This document shows, one piece after another, positions 46,393-58,373 of a stretch of DNA of 64,000 nt. Origin of the DNA: an uncultured Nitrospiraceae bacterium (GTDB taxonomy: Bacteria > Nitrospirota > Nitrospiria > Nitrospirales > Nitrospiraceae); NCBI GenBank assembly GCA_963730935.1, contig CAVSTP010000004.1, forward strand, positions 96,001-160,000. The letters run 5' to 3'. A model generated the notes under the pieces. It did not search any database, was not told the DNA's origin, and worked only from the letters and a program-made list of their open reading frames with translations. A program made the translations under genes and the position numbers. The first letter of the stretch is position 1. The number at the start of each line of letters is the position of its first letter.

Positions 46393-46412
46393 AACTAGGG
46401 GTATCCCTAGTT
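46393..46412. promoter_or_regulatory. Palindromic operator AACTAGGG-GTAT-CCCTAGTT
   Basis: Perfect 8-bp arms; its first 18 bp are identical to 58205-58222. Confidence 0.7.
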
Positions 46413-46499
46413 CGCAAGGTCTATTTCCCCGATGTACGGTGCTTCGGTTCATATCCACCAGCTTCCTCAAAACGGGCATTTCCTCCCCGGAGGCATACG

Positions 46500-49400
46500 A
46501 TGAAGCAACCAAGCGACGAGCAAGAGAGAACGGCGCTGGAAGAAGCGCCAACCGCGACCAATGGAGGGACGCGGCGACGGCAGGATATTGCCGAGCAACT
46601 CGGCGAAATTCTTAACGTCATGGTCGCTTACCGCAACGGAGATTTCAGCGTCAGGCTGCCGTCGACGTGGACAGGGGTGCTCGGAAAAATGTCCGACACG
46701 ATGAACGATATTCTGGCCGTCAGTCAAAGACGGGCAGAAGAAGTCGTTCGTATCTCGCGCGTCGTCGGTAAAGAAGGACGACTACGGCAGCGTTTGTCCG
46801 TGCCCGGGGTGTCGGGAGGATGGGCGGACGAAATCGATTCACTCAACACATTGATCGACGACCTGGCATCTCCAACGACCGAGGTGACCCGCGCGGTCGG
46901 TGCCGTCGGTAAGGGCGACCTCAGTCAGGCGATGGCGCTGGACAAAGACGGGCGTCCGCTCGAGGGAGAATTCCTTCGCAGCGCGAAGCTGGTCAACAAG
47001 ATGATCGAGCAATTGGCGGTCTTCACATCGGAAGTCACCCGTGTGGCGCGCGAGGTCGGCACCGAAGGCAAGCTCGGCGGCCAGGCCCAAGTCAAAGGGG
47101 CGAGCGGCGTGTGGAAAGAGCTTACCGATTCCGTCAACCAGATGGCCGGCAACCTGACGGCGCAGGTGCGCAACATCGCCGAGGTGACGATCGCGGTCGC
47201 CAACGGCGACCTGTCGAAAAAGATCACCGTCGACGTCCGGGGCGAAATCCTTCAATTGAAAGAGGCCATCAATACGATGGTCGAGCAGCTGCGGTCGTTC
47301 GCCTCGGAGGTCACGCGTGTGGCCCGCGAGGTCGGCACCGAAGGCAAGCTCGGCGGCCAGGCGGTCGTGCCGGGCGTGGCGGGAACCTGGAAAGACCTCA
47401 CCGACAACGTCAATTCCATGGCCTCCAACCTCACCGCGCAGGTCCGCAACATCGTCGAAGTCACGGTCGCCGTGGCCCGCGGCGACTTGTCCCGCAAGAT
47501 CACTGTGGACGTCCGGGGCGAAATTCTTCAGCTCAAGGAAACAATCAATACGATGGTCGAGCAGTTGCGGTCGTTCGCGTCGGAAGTCACCCGCGTGGCG
47601 CGCGAGGTCGGCACCGAGGGTAAGCTCGGCGTCAACGCGGACGTACCTGGCGTCGGCGGAACTTGGAAGGATCTCACCGACTCGGTCAACGCCATGGCCA
47701 ACAACCTGACAGCGCAGGTGCGCAACATCGCCGAAGTCACGACGGCCGTGGCCCGCGGCGACTTGTCCCGCAAGATCACGGTCGACGTGAAGGGCGAGAT
47801 CCTCGCGTTGAAAAACACAATCAACACGATGGTAGACCAGCTCAACGGTTTCGCGGCCGAGGTCACCCGCGTGGCACGCGACGTCGGCACGGAAGGGAAA
47901 CTCGGCGTGCAGGCCGTCGTGCCGGGCGTCGGAGGAACTTGGAAAGATCTCACCGATTCGGTCAACGCGATGGGCGTCAACCTCACGGCGCAGGTGCGCA
48001 ATATTGCCGAGGTGGCGACGGCCGTGGCCCGCGGCGACTTGTCCCGCAAGATCACGGTCGACGTGAAGGGCGAGATCCTCGAGTTGAAAAACACGCTGAA
48101 TACGATGGTGGACCAGCTCAACGGTTTCGCAGCCGAGGTCACTCGGGTCGCGCGTGAGGTCGGCACCGAAGGGAAACTCGGCGTGCAGGCCGTCGTGCCG
48201 GGCGTCGGGGGGACCTGGAAAGACCTCACCGACAACGTCAACAGCATGGCGAACAATCTGACGGCGCAGGTGCGCAATATTGCCGAGGTGGCGACGTCAG
48301 TTGCGCGCGGCGACTTGTCCCGCAAGATCACGGTCGACGTGAGCGGCGAGATTCTTCAGCTGAAGGAAACGATCAACGTCATGGTCGAGCAGTTACGGTC
48401 GTTCGCCTCGGAAGTGACACGTGTGGCCCGCGAGGTCGGCACCGAAGGCAAGCTCGGCGGCCAGGCCCAGGTCAAAGGCGTCAGCGGCGTCTGGAAGGAG
48501 TTGACCGAGAGCGTGAACGAAATGGCGGGAAACCTCACCGCGCAGGTGCGCAACATTGCGGAGGTCACGGTCGCCGTGGCCAACGGTGACTTGTCGAAAA
48601 AGATCATCGTCGACGTGCGCGGAGAAATTCTTCAGTTGAAAGAGGCCATCAATACGATGGTCGAGCAGCTGCGGTCGTTCGCGTCGGAGGTCACCCGCGT
48701 GGCCCGCGAGGTCGGCACGGAAGGCAAGCTCGGCGGCCAGGCCCAGGTCCGTGGTGTCAGCGGCGTGTGGAAGGAATTGACCGACTCCGTCAATCAGATG
48801 GCGGGTAACCTCACAGACCAGGTCCGGAACATCGCCGAGGTGACGATCGCGGTCGCCAACGGCGACCTGTCGAAAAAGATTACCGTCGATGTGCGTGGCG
48901 AAATCCTGCAGCTCAAGGAAGCGGCGAACACGATGGTGGAGCAGCTGCGGTCGTTCGCGTCGGAAGTCACCCGCGTGGCGCGCGAGGTCGGCACGGAAGG
49001 CAAGCTCGGCGGCCAGGCGGTCGTGCCCGGCGTCGCGGGAACCTGGAAGGACCTGACCGACAACGTGAACTCCATGGCATCGAACCTGACGGCGCAGGTG
49101 CGCAACATCGCCGAGGTCACGATCGCGGTTGCCAACGGCGACTTGTCGCGCAAGATCACGGTCGACGTCCGCGGGGAAATTTTGCAGTTGAAGGAGGCCA
49201 TCAACACGATGGTCGAGCAGTTGCGGTCGTTCGCGTCGGAGGTCACCCGCGTGGCCCGCGAGGTCGGGACCGAAGGACGATTGGGCGTGCAGGCGGTCGT
49301 GCCGGGCGTCGCCGGCACGTGGAAGGACCTCACCGACTCGGTCAACGCGATGGGCGCCAATCTCACCGCACAGGTGAGAAACATCGCCGAGGTCACGACC

Positions 49401-52400
49401 GCGGTGGCCCGCGGCGACCTGTCGCGTAAGATCACGGTCGACGTCAAAGGCGAAATTCTCGAGTTGAAGAACACCATTAATACGATGGTCGACCAGCTCA
49501 ACGCGTTCGCGGCCGAGGTCACGCGTGTGGCGCGCGAAGTCGGAACGGAAGGAAAACTTGGCGGTCAGGCGGTCGTGCAGGGCGTGGCCGGTACCTGGAA
49601 GGACCTCACCGACTCGGTCAACGTCATGGCGACCAATTTGACGGACCAGGTCCGCGGCATCGTGAAAGTCGTCACGTCGGTGGCGAACGGAAACTTGAGA
49701 CAGAAGCTGACGGTCGAAGCCAAGGGCGAGGTGGCGGCGCTGGGTGAAACGATCAATAACATGACCGATACCCTCGCGATCTTCGCCGACCAGGTCACCA
49801 ACGTTGCGCGCGAAGTCGGCGTCGAAGGACGATTGGGCGGACAGGCCAACGTACCGGGCGCCGCCGGCACCTGGAAGGACCTCACCGGAAACGTGAACCT
49901 GTTGGCCGCGAACCTGACCACCCAGGTGCGCGCGATTGCCGAAGTGGCGACTGCCGTGACCAAGGGCGACCTGACCCGCTCCATTCAGGTGGAAACGCGC
50001 GGCGAGGTCGCGGAGCTCAAGGACAACATCAATACGATGATCGATAACCTGCGCGTGACCACCGAGCGCAACCAAGAGCAGGACTGGCTGAAGACCAACG
50101 TCGCGAAGTTCACCCGTATGTTGCAGGGGCAACGCGACCTTTTCACAGTCGGCCAGATGCTGCTGTCCGAACTCGCTCCGCTGGTCGAAGCCCAGCAAGG
50201 GACGATGTATCAAATGGACGCCGTCGAAGGGGAAAACCCCTCACTGCGCCTCCTGGCCGCCTATGCCAGTTCACGGGAACCGGAGGATCGGGTAGAAAGC
50301 GGAGAGGGCCTGATCGGTCAATGCGCCTTGGAAAAACAGCGCATTCTCCTCACGGATGTTCCGCCTGCGTACGCCGCAATTCAATCGAGTCTCGGCCGCG
50401 CGCTGCCGGCCAATATCGTCGTCCTGCCCGTGTTGTTCGAAGGGCAAACCAAGGCGGTCATCGAACTGGCCTCGCTGCATACCTTCAAGGTGACGCACCT
50501 CGCGTTCTTGGAGCAGCTCACGCAAAGCATCGGCGTCGTGCTCAATACCATTGAAGCGACGATGCGCACCGAAAACCTACTGCAACAGTCGCAACAGCTC
50601 ACTACCGAGCTGCAGTCTCAGCAGAAAGAATTGACGCAGACCAACGAAGAGCTCGAGCGCAAGGCTAAGCAGCTGGCCGAGCGCAACACGGAAGTCGAGC
50701 GGAAGAACAAGGAAGTCGAGCAGGCACGCCGCGCCCTCGAAGAAAAGGCGGCCGAGCTTGCTTTGACGTCGAAGTACAAATCGGAGTTCCTGGCGAACAT
50801 GTCCCACGAGCTGCGCACGCCATTGAACAGCATTTTGATTCTCGGCCAGCAGCTCGGCGACAACACGACAGGCAATCTGTCGCAGAAGCAGGTGGAATTC
50901 GCCAAGAACATCCACAGCGCCGGTTCTGACCTCCTCAACCTCATCAACGACATTCTGGACCTGTCAAAGATCGAATCGGGCACTGTCACGGTTGAGGCGG
51001 AAGAAATGACCTTCCTGTCTCTGCGTGAGAGCGTCGAGCGCAACTTCAAGCACATTGCCGAGCAGAAGACTCTGCCGTTCCATCTGGAGTTCGAGCCCGG
51101 CCTGCCGCGAGCGTTCACGACCGACCCGAAGCGACTCCAGCAGATTCTCAAGAACCTGCTGTCGAACGCCTTCAAGTTCACGTCCCATGGCCACGTGGCC
51201 ATGAATGTCAGGCTCGCCACCGAAGGCTGGTCGATGGAGCATCCGGTACTGAGCCGGTCGCACACGGTCATGGCGCTCGCAATTACCGACACGGGCATCG
51301 GCATTGCGCCCGAGAAACAGAAGCTGATCTTCGAGGCGTTTCAACAGGCGGATGCCGGCACGAGCCGCAAATACGGCGGCACCGGGTTGGGTCTGGCCAT
51401 CAGCCGCGAACTTGCAACGTTGCTGGGCGGCGAAATCAAGCTGACCAGCGAACCACGGCAGGGCAGCACCTTCACCTTGTATCTCCCCTTGGTGTACACC
51501 GGACCGTCGACGGCGGAGCTTCGTCCGACGATCACCACATCCGTCCCTGGCCAGCCGCCGGCGCTCACCATCCTTCCCGTGGCCGGCGAAGAAAAAATCG
51601 CCGACGACCGGGACACCGTGAAGGACAGCGACCTCGCCGTGCTCATCGTGGAGGACGATCCGCACTATGCGCGGGTCTTGCTGGGGCTGGCACGCGACAA
51701 GGGATTCAAAGGCATCGTGGCCACGCGTGGGAAACAGGCGCTGGATCTCGCGCTAGAATACGTTCCAGCCGCGATCACGCTCGATATCTTCCTCCCCGAC
51801 ATGCTCGGGTGGACCGTGTTGAACAACCTCAAGCTGAATCCAAAGACCCGGCACATCCCCGTGCAGATCATTTCGCTCGAAGAAGAACGGCAGCATGGTC
51901 TGGCACACGGCGCCTTTTCCTACATGGTGAAGCCGGTCACGACCGAAGGCTTGGAATCCTGCTTCGATCGCATCCGGAACTTCATCACGCCGCACCTCAA
52001 GCGGTTGCTGGTGGTGGAGGACAATGAGCTGGAAAGCCGCAGCATCACCGAGTTGCTCCTGCATGACGACATCGAGATCTCCAATGTCAGCACAGGAGCC
52101 GCCGCCTTGGAAGCGCTTCGCACTCAGTCCTTTGACTGTTGTGTGCTCGATCTCCGGCTGCCTGACATGAGCGGCTTCGAACTGCTCGATCAGGTGAAGG
52201 CCGATCCGACCTTGGGCAACGTGCCGATCGTCGTGTTTACGGGGAAAGATCTGAGTACGGAGGAAGAACGGCGGCTGAAAGCGGTGGCCAAGAGCGTCGT
52301 GCTGAAAGACGTCCAGTCGCCAGAACGGCTGTTCGACGAGACGGCCCTCTTCCTGCACCGAGTGGTCGCCGATTTGCCGGAACCCAAACAGCAACTATTG

Positions 52401-52802
52401 GAGCGCTTGCATCAATCGAACGAAGCGTTGCGCGGTCACAAAGTCCTCGTGGTGGACGACGACGCGCGCAATATTTTCGCCCTGACGACGGTGCTCGAGA
52501 ATCAGGATATGGACGTGATCAGTGCCACCAACGGGCGGCATGCCATCGAAATCATTGAACAGACACCGGAACTCAGCGTCGTCCTTATGGACATCATGAT
52601 GCCCGAAATGGACGGCTATACGACGATCCGGGAGATCCGCAAACAGCCCGAGTTCCGGTCCTTGCCGATCTTGGCCTTGACGGCCAAGGCTATGAAGGGC
52701 GACCGAGAAAAGTGCCTGGAAGCCGGCGCCTCGGACTACGTGGCCAAACCGGTGAATACGGAACAGCTCCTGTCCATGTTGCGTGTCTGGCTGTACCGAT
52801 GA
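46500..52802 (+). CDS. Cytoplasmic poly-HAMP hybrid histidine kinase (HAMP array-GAF-HisKA-HATPase-3xREC; OsaA/Nik1 group III-like)
   Basis: About 13 units of the 92-aa repeat; [24 protein letters not shown]; three receiver domains; no TM segment. Confidence 0.95.
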   Translation: MKQPSDEQERTALEEAPTATNGGTRRRQDIAEQLGEILNVMVAYRNGDFSVRLPSTWTGVLGKMSDTMNDILAVSQRRAEEVVRISRVVGKEGRLRQRLSVPGVSGGWADEIDSLNTLIDDLASPTTEVTRAVGAVGKGDLSQAMALDKDGRPLEGEFLRSAKLVNKMIEQLAVFTSEVTRVAREVGTEGKLGGQAQVKGASGVWKELTDSVNQMAGNLTAQVRNIAEVTIAVANGDLSKKITVDVRGEILQLKEAINTMVEQLRSFASEVTRVAREVGTEGKLGGQAVVPGVAGTWKDLTDNVNSMASNLTAQVRNIVEVTVAVARGDLSRKITVDVRGEILQLKETINTMVEQLRSFASEVTRVAREVGTEGKLGVNADVPGVGGTWKDLTDSVNAMANNLTAQVRNIAEVTTAVARGDLSRKITVDVKGEILALKNTINTMVDQLNGFAAEVTRVARDVGTEGKLGVQAVVPGVGGTWKDLTDSVNAMGVNLTAQVRNIAEVATAVARGDLSRKITVDVKGEILELKNTLNTMVDQLNGFAAEVTRVAREVGTEGKLGVQAVVPGVGGTWKDLTDNVNSMANNLTAQVRNIAEVATSVARGDLSRKITVDVSGEILQLKETINVMVEQLRSFASEVTRVAREVGTEGKLGGQAQVKGVSGVWKELTESVNEMAGNLTAQVRNIAEVTVAVANGDLSKKIIVDVRGEILQLKEAINTMVEQLRSFASEVTRVAREVGTEGKLGGQAQVRGVSGVWKELTDSVNQMAGNLTDQVRNIAEVTIAVANGDLSKKITVDVRGEILQLKEAANTMVEQLRSFASEVTRVAREVGTEGKLGGQAVVPGVAGTWKDLTDNVNSMASNLTAQVRNIAEVTIAVANGDLSRKITVDVRGEILQLKEAINTMVEQLRSFASEVTRVAREVGTEGRLGVQAVVPGVAGTWKDLTDSVNAMGANLTAQVRNIAEVTTAVARGDLSRKITVDVKGEILELKNTINTMVDQLNAFAAEVTRVAREVGTEGKLGGQAVVQGVAGTWKDLTDSVNVMATNLTDQVRGIVKVVTSVANGNLRQKLTVEAKGEVAALGETINNMTDTLAIFADQVTNVAREVGVEGRLGGQANVPGAAGTWKDLTGNVNLLAANLTTQVRAIAEVATAVTKGDLTRSIQVETRGEVAELKDNINTMIDNLRVTTERNQEQDWLKTNVAKFTRMLQGQRDLFTVGQMLLSELAPLVEAQQGTMYQMDAVEGENPSLRLLAAYASSREPEDRVESGEGLIGQCALEKQRILLTDVPPAYAAIQSSLGRALPANIVVLPVLFEGQTKAVIELASLHTFKVTHLAFLEQLTQSIGVVLNTIEATMRTENLLQQSQQLTTELQSQQKELTQTNEELERKAKQLAERNTEVERKNKEVEQARRALEEKAAELALTSKYKSEFLANMSHELRTPLNSILILGQQLGDNTTGNLSQKQVEFAKNIHSAGSDLLNLINDILDLSKIESGTVTVEAEEMTFLSLRESVERNFKHIAEQKTLPFHLEFEPGLPRAFTTDPKRLQQILKNLLSNAFKFTSHGHVAMNVRLATEGWSMEHPVLSRSHTVMALAITDTGIGIAPEKQKLIFEAFQQADAGTSRKYGGTGLGLAISRELATLLGGEIKLTSEPRQGSTFTLYLPLVYTGPSTAELRPTITTSVPGQPPALTILPVAGEEKIADDRDTVKDSDLAVLIVEDDPHYARVLLGLARDKGFKGIVATRGKQALDLALEYVPAAITLDIFLPDMLGWTVLNNLKLNPKTRHIPVQIISLEEERQHGLAHGAFSYMVKPVTTEGLESCFDRIRNFITPHLKRLLVVEDNELESRSITELLLHDDIEISNVSTGAAALEALRTQSFDCCVLDLRLPDMSGFELLDQVKADPTLGNVPIVVFTGKDLSTEEERRLKAVAKSVVLKDVQSPERLFDETALFLHRVVADLPEPKQQLLERLHQSNEALRGHKVLVVDDDARNIFALTTVLENQDMDVISATNGRHAIEIIEQTPELSVVLMDIMMPEMDGYTTIREIRKQPEFRSLPILALTAKAMKGDREKCLEAGASDYVAKPVNTEQLLSMLRVWLYR
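46590..50070 (+). repeat. 276-bp coding tandem repeat (poly-HAMP)
   Basis: For example GAAGGCAAGCTCGGCGGCCAG recurs at 47064 and 47340. Confidence 0.95.
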
Positions 52803-52923
52803 AGGTGAACGATGGCCAGGGGGCTGCCAGGTTGAAAATCCGGAAACTCGGCCCTTACACTCACGAGGTGCAGGGGCCGCCATCGGGTATCTCCACGTCC
52901 ACAATGGAGCCGGGATCGACATC

Positions 52924-54072
52924 ATGACGACGTTCAAAGAGCCTGCGAACATCCTACTGGTGGACGACGATTCACGGAACCTCGACGTCCTCGAGAGCAT
53001 CCTATCCATTCCGGACTACAGGCTGTTTCGCGCACGCACGGCCGACGAAGCCCTGCTTGCGCTCATTGCGGACGAATTTGCCGTTATCGTGCTGGATGTG
53101 CGCATGCCGGACGTCAGCGGCTATGAGTTGGCCCAACTGATCAAGCAGCGCAAGCGGACGCAGCACATCCCCATTCTCTTCTTGACGGCCTACTACCGCG
53201 AAGACGGGGACGTGCTCCAAGGCTATGGCGCCGGGGCGGTGGACTATCTGAGCAAACCGGTCAATCCGCTCATCCTGAAGTCCAAGGTGGCGGTGTTCGT
53301 GGATCTCTTCCGCAAGACCCGGGCGCTGGCCACGATGAACCGGGCCATGGAGGTGGAGATCGAAGAGCGGCTCAAGCAGCTCAAGACCTCGTTGCATGAA
53401 AAAGACATTCTGCTTAAGGAAGTGCATCACCGGGTCAAGAACAATCTGCAAGTGATCTCCAGCCTGATCGATCTGCAGGCGGAGCGCCTCACGGATCCGG
53501 CGACTCGGACGCTCTTCCGCGACACGCGTGATCGCGTCCGATCCATGGCTTTGGTGCACGAGAAGCTGTATCAATCCGCCGATCTCGCGCACACGGAGCT
53601 TGGCGCCTACATACGAAACGTCATGAAGGAGTTATTCCTGGCGCACGGCGAGGTGTCGTCCAAGGTCACGTTGCAGCTCGAGCTTGAACCGGTGTTTCTG
53701 CCGGTCGATATGGCCATTCCCTGCGGACTCATTCTCAACGAACTCGCGACCAATAGCCTCAAGCATGCGTTCGTGGGACGAGAGCACGGCACGATCGACA
53801 TCCAGCTGATCAGCGTAGGCAATGAATCGGTGCGTCTGCTCTTCCGGGACGATGGATGGGGATTGCCGGCTGGGCTCGAATTACAGGCGGCCGAGTCGTT
53901 GGGATTGCGCCTGATCCGCATGCTGAGCAAGCAGTTGCGCGGCGAAGTGGTGACACAAACAGGGAAGGGGACCACGTTCGAATTGCGGTTCCAGATCCCG
54001 GACTCGCGTGTCGGTTCATCTCCCGAGGCAAAGGCGGTACCCGATGCCCAAGGCGAACATACTCATCGTTGA
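52924..54072 (+). CDS. OsaB-like receiver fused to a HisKA_2 kinase
   Basis: ILLVDD...[17 protein letters not shown]...GAVDYLSKP...[31 protein letters not shown]. Confidence 0.92.
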   Translation: MTTFKEPANILLVDDDSRNLDVLESILSIPDYRLFRARTADEALLALIADEFAVIVLDVRMPDVSGYELAQLIKQRKRTQHIPILFLTAYYREDGDVLQGYGAGAVDYLSKPVNPLILKSKVAVFVDLFRKTRALATMNRAMEVEIEERLKQLKTSLHEKDILLKEVHHRVKNNLQVISSLIDLQAERLTDPATRTLFRDTRDRVRSMALVHEKLYQSADLAHTELGAYIRNVMKELFLAHGEVSSKVTLQLELEPVFLPVDMAIPCGLILNELATNSLKHAFVGREHGTIDIQLISVGNESVRLLFRDDGWGLPAGLELQAAESLGLRLIRMLSKQLRGEVVTQTGKGTTFELRFQIPDSRVGSSPEAKAVPDAQGEHTHR

Positions 54073-56467
54073 AGATGAAGCGGTCGTGGCGGCCGATTTA
54101 GCCGGCAAGCTCGAACGGGCAGGGTACCGTTCGATCGGCATCGCCTGCGACGGTGAAGACGCCGTGGAGACGGCGAAGGCCCTTGTGCCGGATCTCGTGC
54201 TGATGGACATCCGGTTGGCCGGTTCCATTGACGGCATCAAAACCGCCGAACGTATTCAAGCCTTCCGGAACATCCCTATCGTCTATCTGACCGCCCATTC
54301 CGACATGGCCACCCTGCGGCGCGCCGCCGCAACTGAACCCTTCGGGTACATTCTCAAGCCTTTTGAGGAGCGCGATGTCACGACCCAGATCGAGATCGCT
54401 CTCTTCAAGCACCAGGCGGAACGGCGCTTGCGCGAAAGCGAAGAGCGGTATCGCAAGCTCGTCGAAACCGCGATGGACAGCATCATCACGTTCGATCATG
54501 CCGGACTCATTCTCTCGTGCAATGCGGCGACCGAACACATGTTTGGCTATCGTAGCGAAGAGATGGTCGGACGAAATATCTCGATGCTGCTCCCCGCATG
54601 GTTTGCCGAAGGAGGGGACGAATCCCCCGCCGATGCGGCCAGCCGCATCATGCGGCTCATCGGTCTCTGGCGGGAAGTGAACGGGCGGCGCCGGGAGGGC
54701 GACGACTTTCCCGTCGAGATTGCCGTCAGCGAGAGTTTTTCCAATGGGGAAGTCCGGTACACAGGAATCCTGCGCGACATCTCGGAACGCAAGCGGACCG
54801 AGGCGGAACTTCGATGGCGTGCCGGCCTGCTCGCTCAGACCCATGATGCGGTGGTGGTCTGGCGGATGGGCGGAGGCGTCATCTACTGGAATCACGGAGC
54901 GGAAGAACTGTACGGGTGGAAGGTGGCAGAGGCGGCCGGCCGGCCGATCCATCGATTGTTGTCCTCCGCCTTGCCGCTCTCCGAGGAGGAGTTTCACCGT
55001 CAGCTGATCGAGAACGGCCGGTGGCAGGGCGAGATCCGCCAAGCGACCAAAGACGGACAGGCGGTGATTGTTGAAAGCCGGATGGTGACGATGACCGAAG
55101 AATTCGGCGGCATTCTGGTGCTTGAGACGAACCGGGACGTCACCGAGCGTCGGGCGATCCATGAGAAAGTGTGCCGGCTGGCCGAAGAGCTCGAGGACCG
55201 GGTCAAGGACCGTACCAAGGAGTTGCTCCAATCGCAGAGCTTGCTGCGTCAGCTCGCGTCAGAACTGACGATCGCTGAGCAGCGGGAGCGGCGACGCATC
55301 GCCACGGACCTGCACGATTACCTCGCGCAACTGCTGGTCTGCGCGCGGCTGAAGGTTTCGCAGTCCCGCGGACACGTGGGGGACTCGGAAGTCGAAAGCT
55401 GGCTTGGCGAATCCGACGACATCCTGCAACAGGCGCTGACGTATACCCGATCGTTGGTCGCCCAGCTGACCCCGATGGCTCTGCACGAATTCGGCCTGGC
55501 GGCGGCGCTCAAGTGGCTGGCCGATCAGATGCGCCAGCAGTACCGGCTGTCGGTGCAGGTGGACGTGCAGCAGGGCATGTCCGTCACGTTGCCCGAAGAT
55601 CAGTCGGTCCTGATCTTCCAGTCCATCAGAGAGCTCCTCATCAATGTGGCGAAGCATGCCCGCGTCGATCAGGCGGCGATTCGAATGGAGCAGCGCGATG
55701 GACGGCTGGTGATCGCTGTCATCGACGAAGGCCTCGGATCCGATACGATCACTTCGCCGCCACCGAAGTTGTCTTCGAAATTTGGATTGTTCAGCATCGC
55801 CGAGCGCATGCGCGCGCTGGGCGGGACCTTCGAGTTCCGGTCCACGCACGGCAAGGGCACGACGGCCACGCTCACGCTGCCCCTTCCGGCGGTTGGCGCT
55901 GATGCCCCGGCTCCGGCTCCGAAGCCGCAAGCCAACGTGATGCCACAGCCGCAGCCGGCCGCCACCGAGTATTCGCAGCTCCATGCTCAGAAGTCGGCGT
56001 TTGGCGGCAGCCTGGAACGCGGGAGACAGAGCGATCCTCTCGAGGACAAGCTCCGCATTCGGGTGCTGCTCGTGGATGATCACGCACTCGTCAGAAACGG
56101 CCTCTCGAGCGTGTTGCGCTATCACACGGAACTACAAGTAGTCGGCGAGGCTGCCGACGGCCAGGAAGCGGTCGCGTTGGCGGTCGCCTTGAAACCCGAC
56201 GTCGTTGTCATGGACGTCAACATGCCTCGAATGGACGGTGTGGAAGCGTCGAAGCGCATCAAGCGGGAGCTGCCGGGGACGGTCGTGATCGGCCTGTCCA
56301 TGCATGAGGGGGGGCACCACGAAAATGCGATGCGGGAATCGGGCGCCGCCGCCTATTTGACGAAGGATTCGGCCGCGGACCGCTTGATCGAAACCATCCT
56401 CAGATGCCGGGCGGCGAGCCTCACGGGCACGAACGCCTTTTTCTCATCATCGTCGCTGTCGGAGTAA
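54044..56467 (+). CDS. REC-PAS-PAS-HisKA_3-HATPase-REC hybrid kinase
   Basis: ILIVEDE, two PAS domains, [21 protein letters not shown], NarL-type C-terminal receiver without HTH. Confidence 0.92.
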   Translation: MPKANILIVEDEAVVAADLAGKLERAGYRSIGIACDGEDAVETAKALVPDLVLMDIRLAGSIDGIKTAERIQAFRNIPIVYLTAHSDMATLRRAAATEPFGYILKPFEERDVTTQIEIALFKHQAERRLRESEERYRKLVETAMDSIITFDHAGLILSCNAATEHMFGYRSEEMVGRNISMLLPAWFAEGGDESPADAASRIMRLIGLWREVNGRRREGDDFPVEIAVSESFSNGEVRYTGILRDISERKRTEAELRWRAGLLAQTHDAVVVWRMGGGVIYWNHGAEELYGWKVAEAAGRPIHRLLSSALPLSEEEFHRQLIENGRWQGEIRQATKDGQAVIVESRMVTMTEEFGGILVLETNRDVTERRAIHEKVCRLAEELEDRVKDRTKELLQSQSLLRQLASELTIAEQRERRRIATDLHDYLAQLLVCARLKVSQSRGHVGDSEVESWLGESDDILQQALTYTRSLVAQLTPMALHEFGLAAALKWLADQMRQQYRLSVQVDVQQGMSVTLPEDQSVLIFQSIRELLINVAKHARVDQAAIRMEQRDGRLVIAVIDEGLGSDTITSPPPKLSSKFGLFSIAERMRALGGTFEFRSTHGKGTTATLTLPLPAVGADAPAPAPKPQANVMPQPQPAATEYSQLHAQKSAFGGSLERGRQSDPLEDKLRIRVLLVDDHALVRNGLSSVLRYHTELQVVGEAADGQEAVALAVALKPDVVVMDVNMPRMDGVEASKRIKRELPGTVVIGLSMHEGGHHENAMRESGAAAYLTKDSAADRLIETILRCRAASLTGTNAFFSSSSLSE

Positions 56468-56579
56468 TTGTGAGCGATGAACTCTTCCAGAAATTCGACG
56501 CACAACCGATCGTTCCACTTGAAGTGCAGCAATGCGTTGCCCCTCCGTGGCATACCTCCATGTCTCAGGAGTATCCTCC

Positions 56580-57326
56580 GTGAAACAACTTCGCCGCATT
56601 CGTGAGTTGACCGAGTTGACGATCCTTGCCACCGACGGCGAGATCGGCAGCGTCCAGGAAGTCTATTTTGACGATCGCAACTGGGCGATCCGCTATCTGG
56701 TGGTGAAGGCGGGTGGGTGGTTGCTTAGCCGAGAAGTGTTGTTGGCGCCTGCCGCCGTGGCTGAGATCAACGACGCGCATCGCACGATGAAGGTGGCGCT
56801 CACGAAGGATCAAATCAGACAAGCTCCGCCGATCGAAGCGGCCAAGCCCTTATCCCGAGAATATGAAGAGGCCTATTTCCACCATTTCCAGTGGGCGCCC
56901 TACTGGGAACCAGGACCGACCGAATGGGCAAGCTCGGTGCCGTATCCGGAGACGCCACCGCTGCCGATCGACACGACGCTTCCGGCCGATGCGCCGAAAA
57001 ACCCGCACCTGCGCAGCAGCAGCGAAATTACCGGCTACGACATCCAGGCGACCAACGGGGCCATCGGTCACGTTGAAGACCTGGTAGTGGATGACGAAAC
57101 GTGGACGGTCCGGTATATCGAAGTTAATACGCGGAACTGGCTCCCGGGAAAGAAAGTGTTGCTGCAAATGATGCGTATCGACCATATCAGCTGGGTCGAC
57201 CGCTCGGTCGCCGTCATGCTTGCCAGACAGGCCATCGAATCCGCCCCTGCCTATGACCATTCGAAACTCATTACCCCCAGCTACGAAGTCCAGCTGTTCA
57301 AGCACTACGGAACGCTAGCGGCTTAG
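56580..57326 (+). CDS. Tandem PRC-barrel protein
   Basis: ATDGEIGSV..VYFDDRNWAIRYLVV and ATNGAIGHVEDLVVDDETWTVRYIEV; AGGAG before GTG. Confidence 0.9.
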   Translation: MKQLRRIRELTELTILATDGEIGSVQEVYFDDRNWAIRYLVVKAGGWLLSREVLLAPAAVAEINDAHRTMKVALTKDQIRQAPPIEAAKPLSREYEEAYFHHFQWAPYWEPGPTEWASSVPYPETPPLPIDTTLPADAPKNPHLRSSSEITGYDIQATNGAIGHVEDLVVDDETWTVRYIEVNTRNWLPGKKVLLQMMRIDHISWVDRSVAVMLARQAIESAPAYDHSKLITPSYEVQLFKHYGTLAA

Positions 57327-57336
57327 AAGCATAACG

Positions 57337-57474
57337 TCATCTCATGAACTTGACGGGGCGCCGCTTGACCGGCGGGTCGCCAGCTGGCGTTTTGCCCGTC
57401 TTGCGGGAGGGCGGATCCCTCACGGGGGGCCTTTCGGGTCGAGGCTCCTTGATCGGTGTCTTCTTTCGACTCAT
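57337..57474 (-). CDS. 45-aa Pro/Lys/Arg-rich small protein
   Basis: MSRKKTPIKEPRPERPPVRDPPSRKTGKTPAGDPPVKRRPVKFMR; below the ORF-track cutoff; weak RBS. Confidence 0.4.
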   Translation of the reverse strand: MSRKKTPIKEPRPERPPVRDPPSRKTGKTPAGDPPVKRRPVKFMR

Positions 57475-57730
57475 GTCGCGAAAATTCCAGTCACCGTGCT
57501 TGATCGTCACCCGTCCTCTTCATCCCCTTCACGCTCGACAACCCTGGGTCTCTGATACTATTCACCCGAGGGGAGAAAGCTTAATGAAACAGTATTCATA
57601 TAGAAATTATCGTCCCCTGCTCGGACAAGTTGTCCCGCCTTGTAGGAATCGGGTGCTAGGTCAATCCCTGTAGAGACCGGCGACATCCTGTTTTCATAAG
57701 ATTCCTCACGGATCTCGTCATGGTACTCGT

Positions 57731-57747
57731 TCGGAACTATTCTTGCA
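57731..57747 (+). promoter_or_regulatory. sigma54-like promoter
   Basis: TCGGAACTATTCTTGCA, GG-N10-GC. Confidence 0.45.
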
Positions 57748-57824
57748 CTACTCTAAAGTGAGTAAGTAATTGCGCGGTCTTTGAACAGGATCGGGATGCA
57801 CTGAGCCTGCTTTAGGAGACGAAG

Positions 57825-58136
57825 ATGAACGCCATCGCCTTATTTCTGATGCTAGTATTGAACGGGAATATGACTTGTGGTGCAGAGCCGCCGGATCAAG
57901 TCATGCTTGGCGGTCAGGCGGTCCAAGTCCAAGTCTATGACTGCTACTGGAGCGAACGGGAGGCCGCCTCACATCAATTCGTCGTGATCTCTCCAGTGTG
58001 TCCCACCTATATCGCTCAACCCGTACTGCTCAAAGAAGTGCACGCCCATAAGGGCTGGGTCATGAATCGGTTTGGCGAATTTTACCCGGCCACGGTTAAC
58101 ATCGAAATGATGGACGTGTATAGGCCCCCCTGCTAA
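57825..58136 (+). CDS. Small exported Cys-containing hypothetical protein
   Basis: AGGAG RBS, hydrophobic N-terminus, four Cys. Confidence 0.6.
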   Translation: MNAIALFLMLVLNGNMTCGAEPPDQVMLGGQAVQVQVYDCYWSEREAASHQFVVISPVCPTYIAQPVLLKEVHAHKGWVMNRFGEFYPATVNIEMMDVYRPPC

Positions 58137-58204
58137 AGACGTCAGATTCATTTCGCCATCCTCTTCGGCTCGCCGTTCCTTCCTTATTGCTCAAATCTAC
58201 CGAA

Positions 58205-58222
58205 AACTAGGGGTATCCCTAG
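58205..58222. promoter_or_regulatory. Palindromic operator AACTAGGGGTATCCCTAG
   Basis: Identical to 46393-46410; a second degenerate copy lies at 58231-58246. Confidence 0.7.
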
Positions 58223-58373
58223 GGGTTGGCGTAGTCCAATCCCTACTATACTTCTTTCGTTTCACCAACAACTTACGACGTCTGACGGATCCGGAGACCA
58301 CCCTAACGACGGGTTAGGGATGCCGAGATGTGAATGCTCGCGGGCATCTCTGAAGAGTGACTGAAGGCAACGA

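Noticed and set aside
48393..50213. 606-aa and other long minus-strand ORFs over the HAMP array
   Set aside because: Antisense shadows of a GC-rich repetitive gene; the plus-strand kinase has all expected motifs
57344..57673. 109-aa plus-strand ORF
   Set aside because: No RBS or motif, and it runs through a probable promoter region; the short minus-strand ORF is more protein-like
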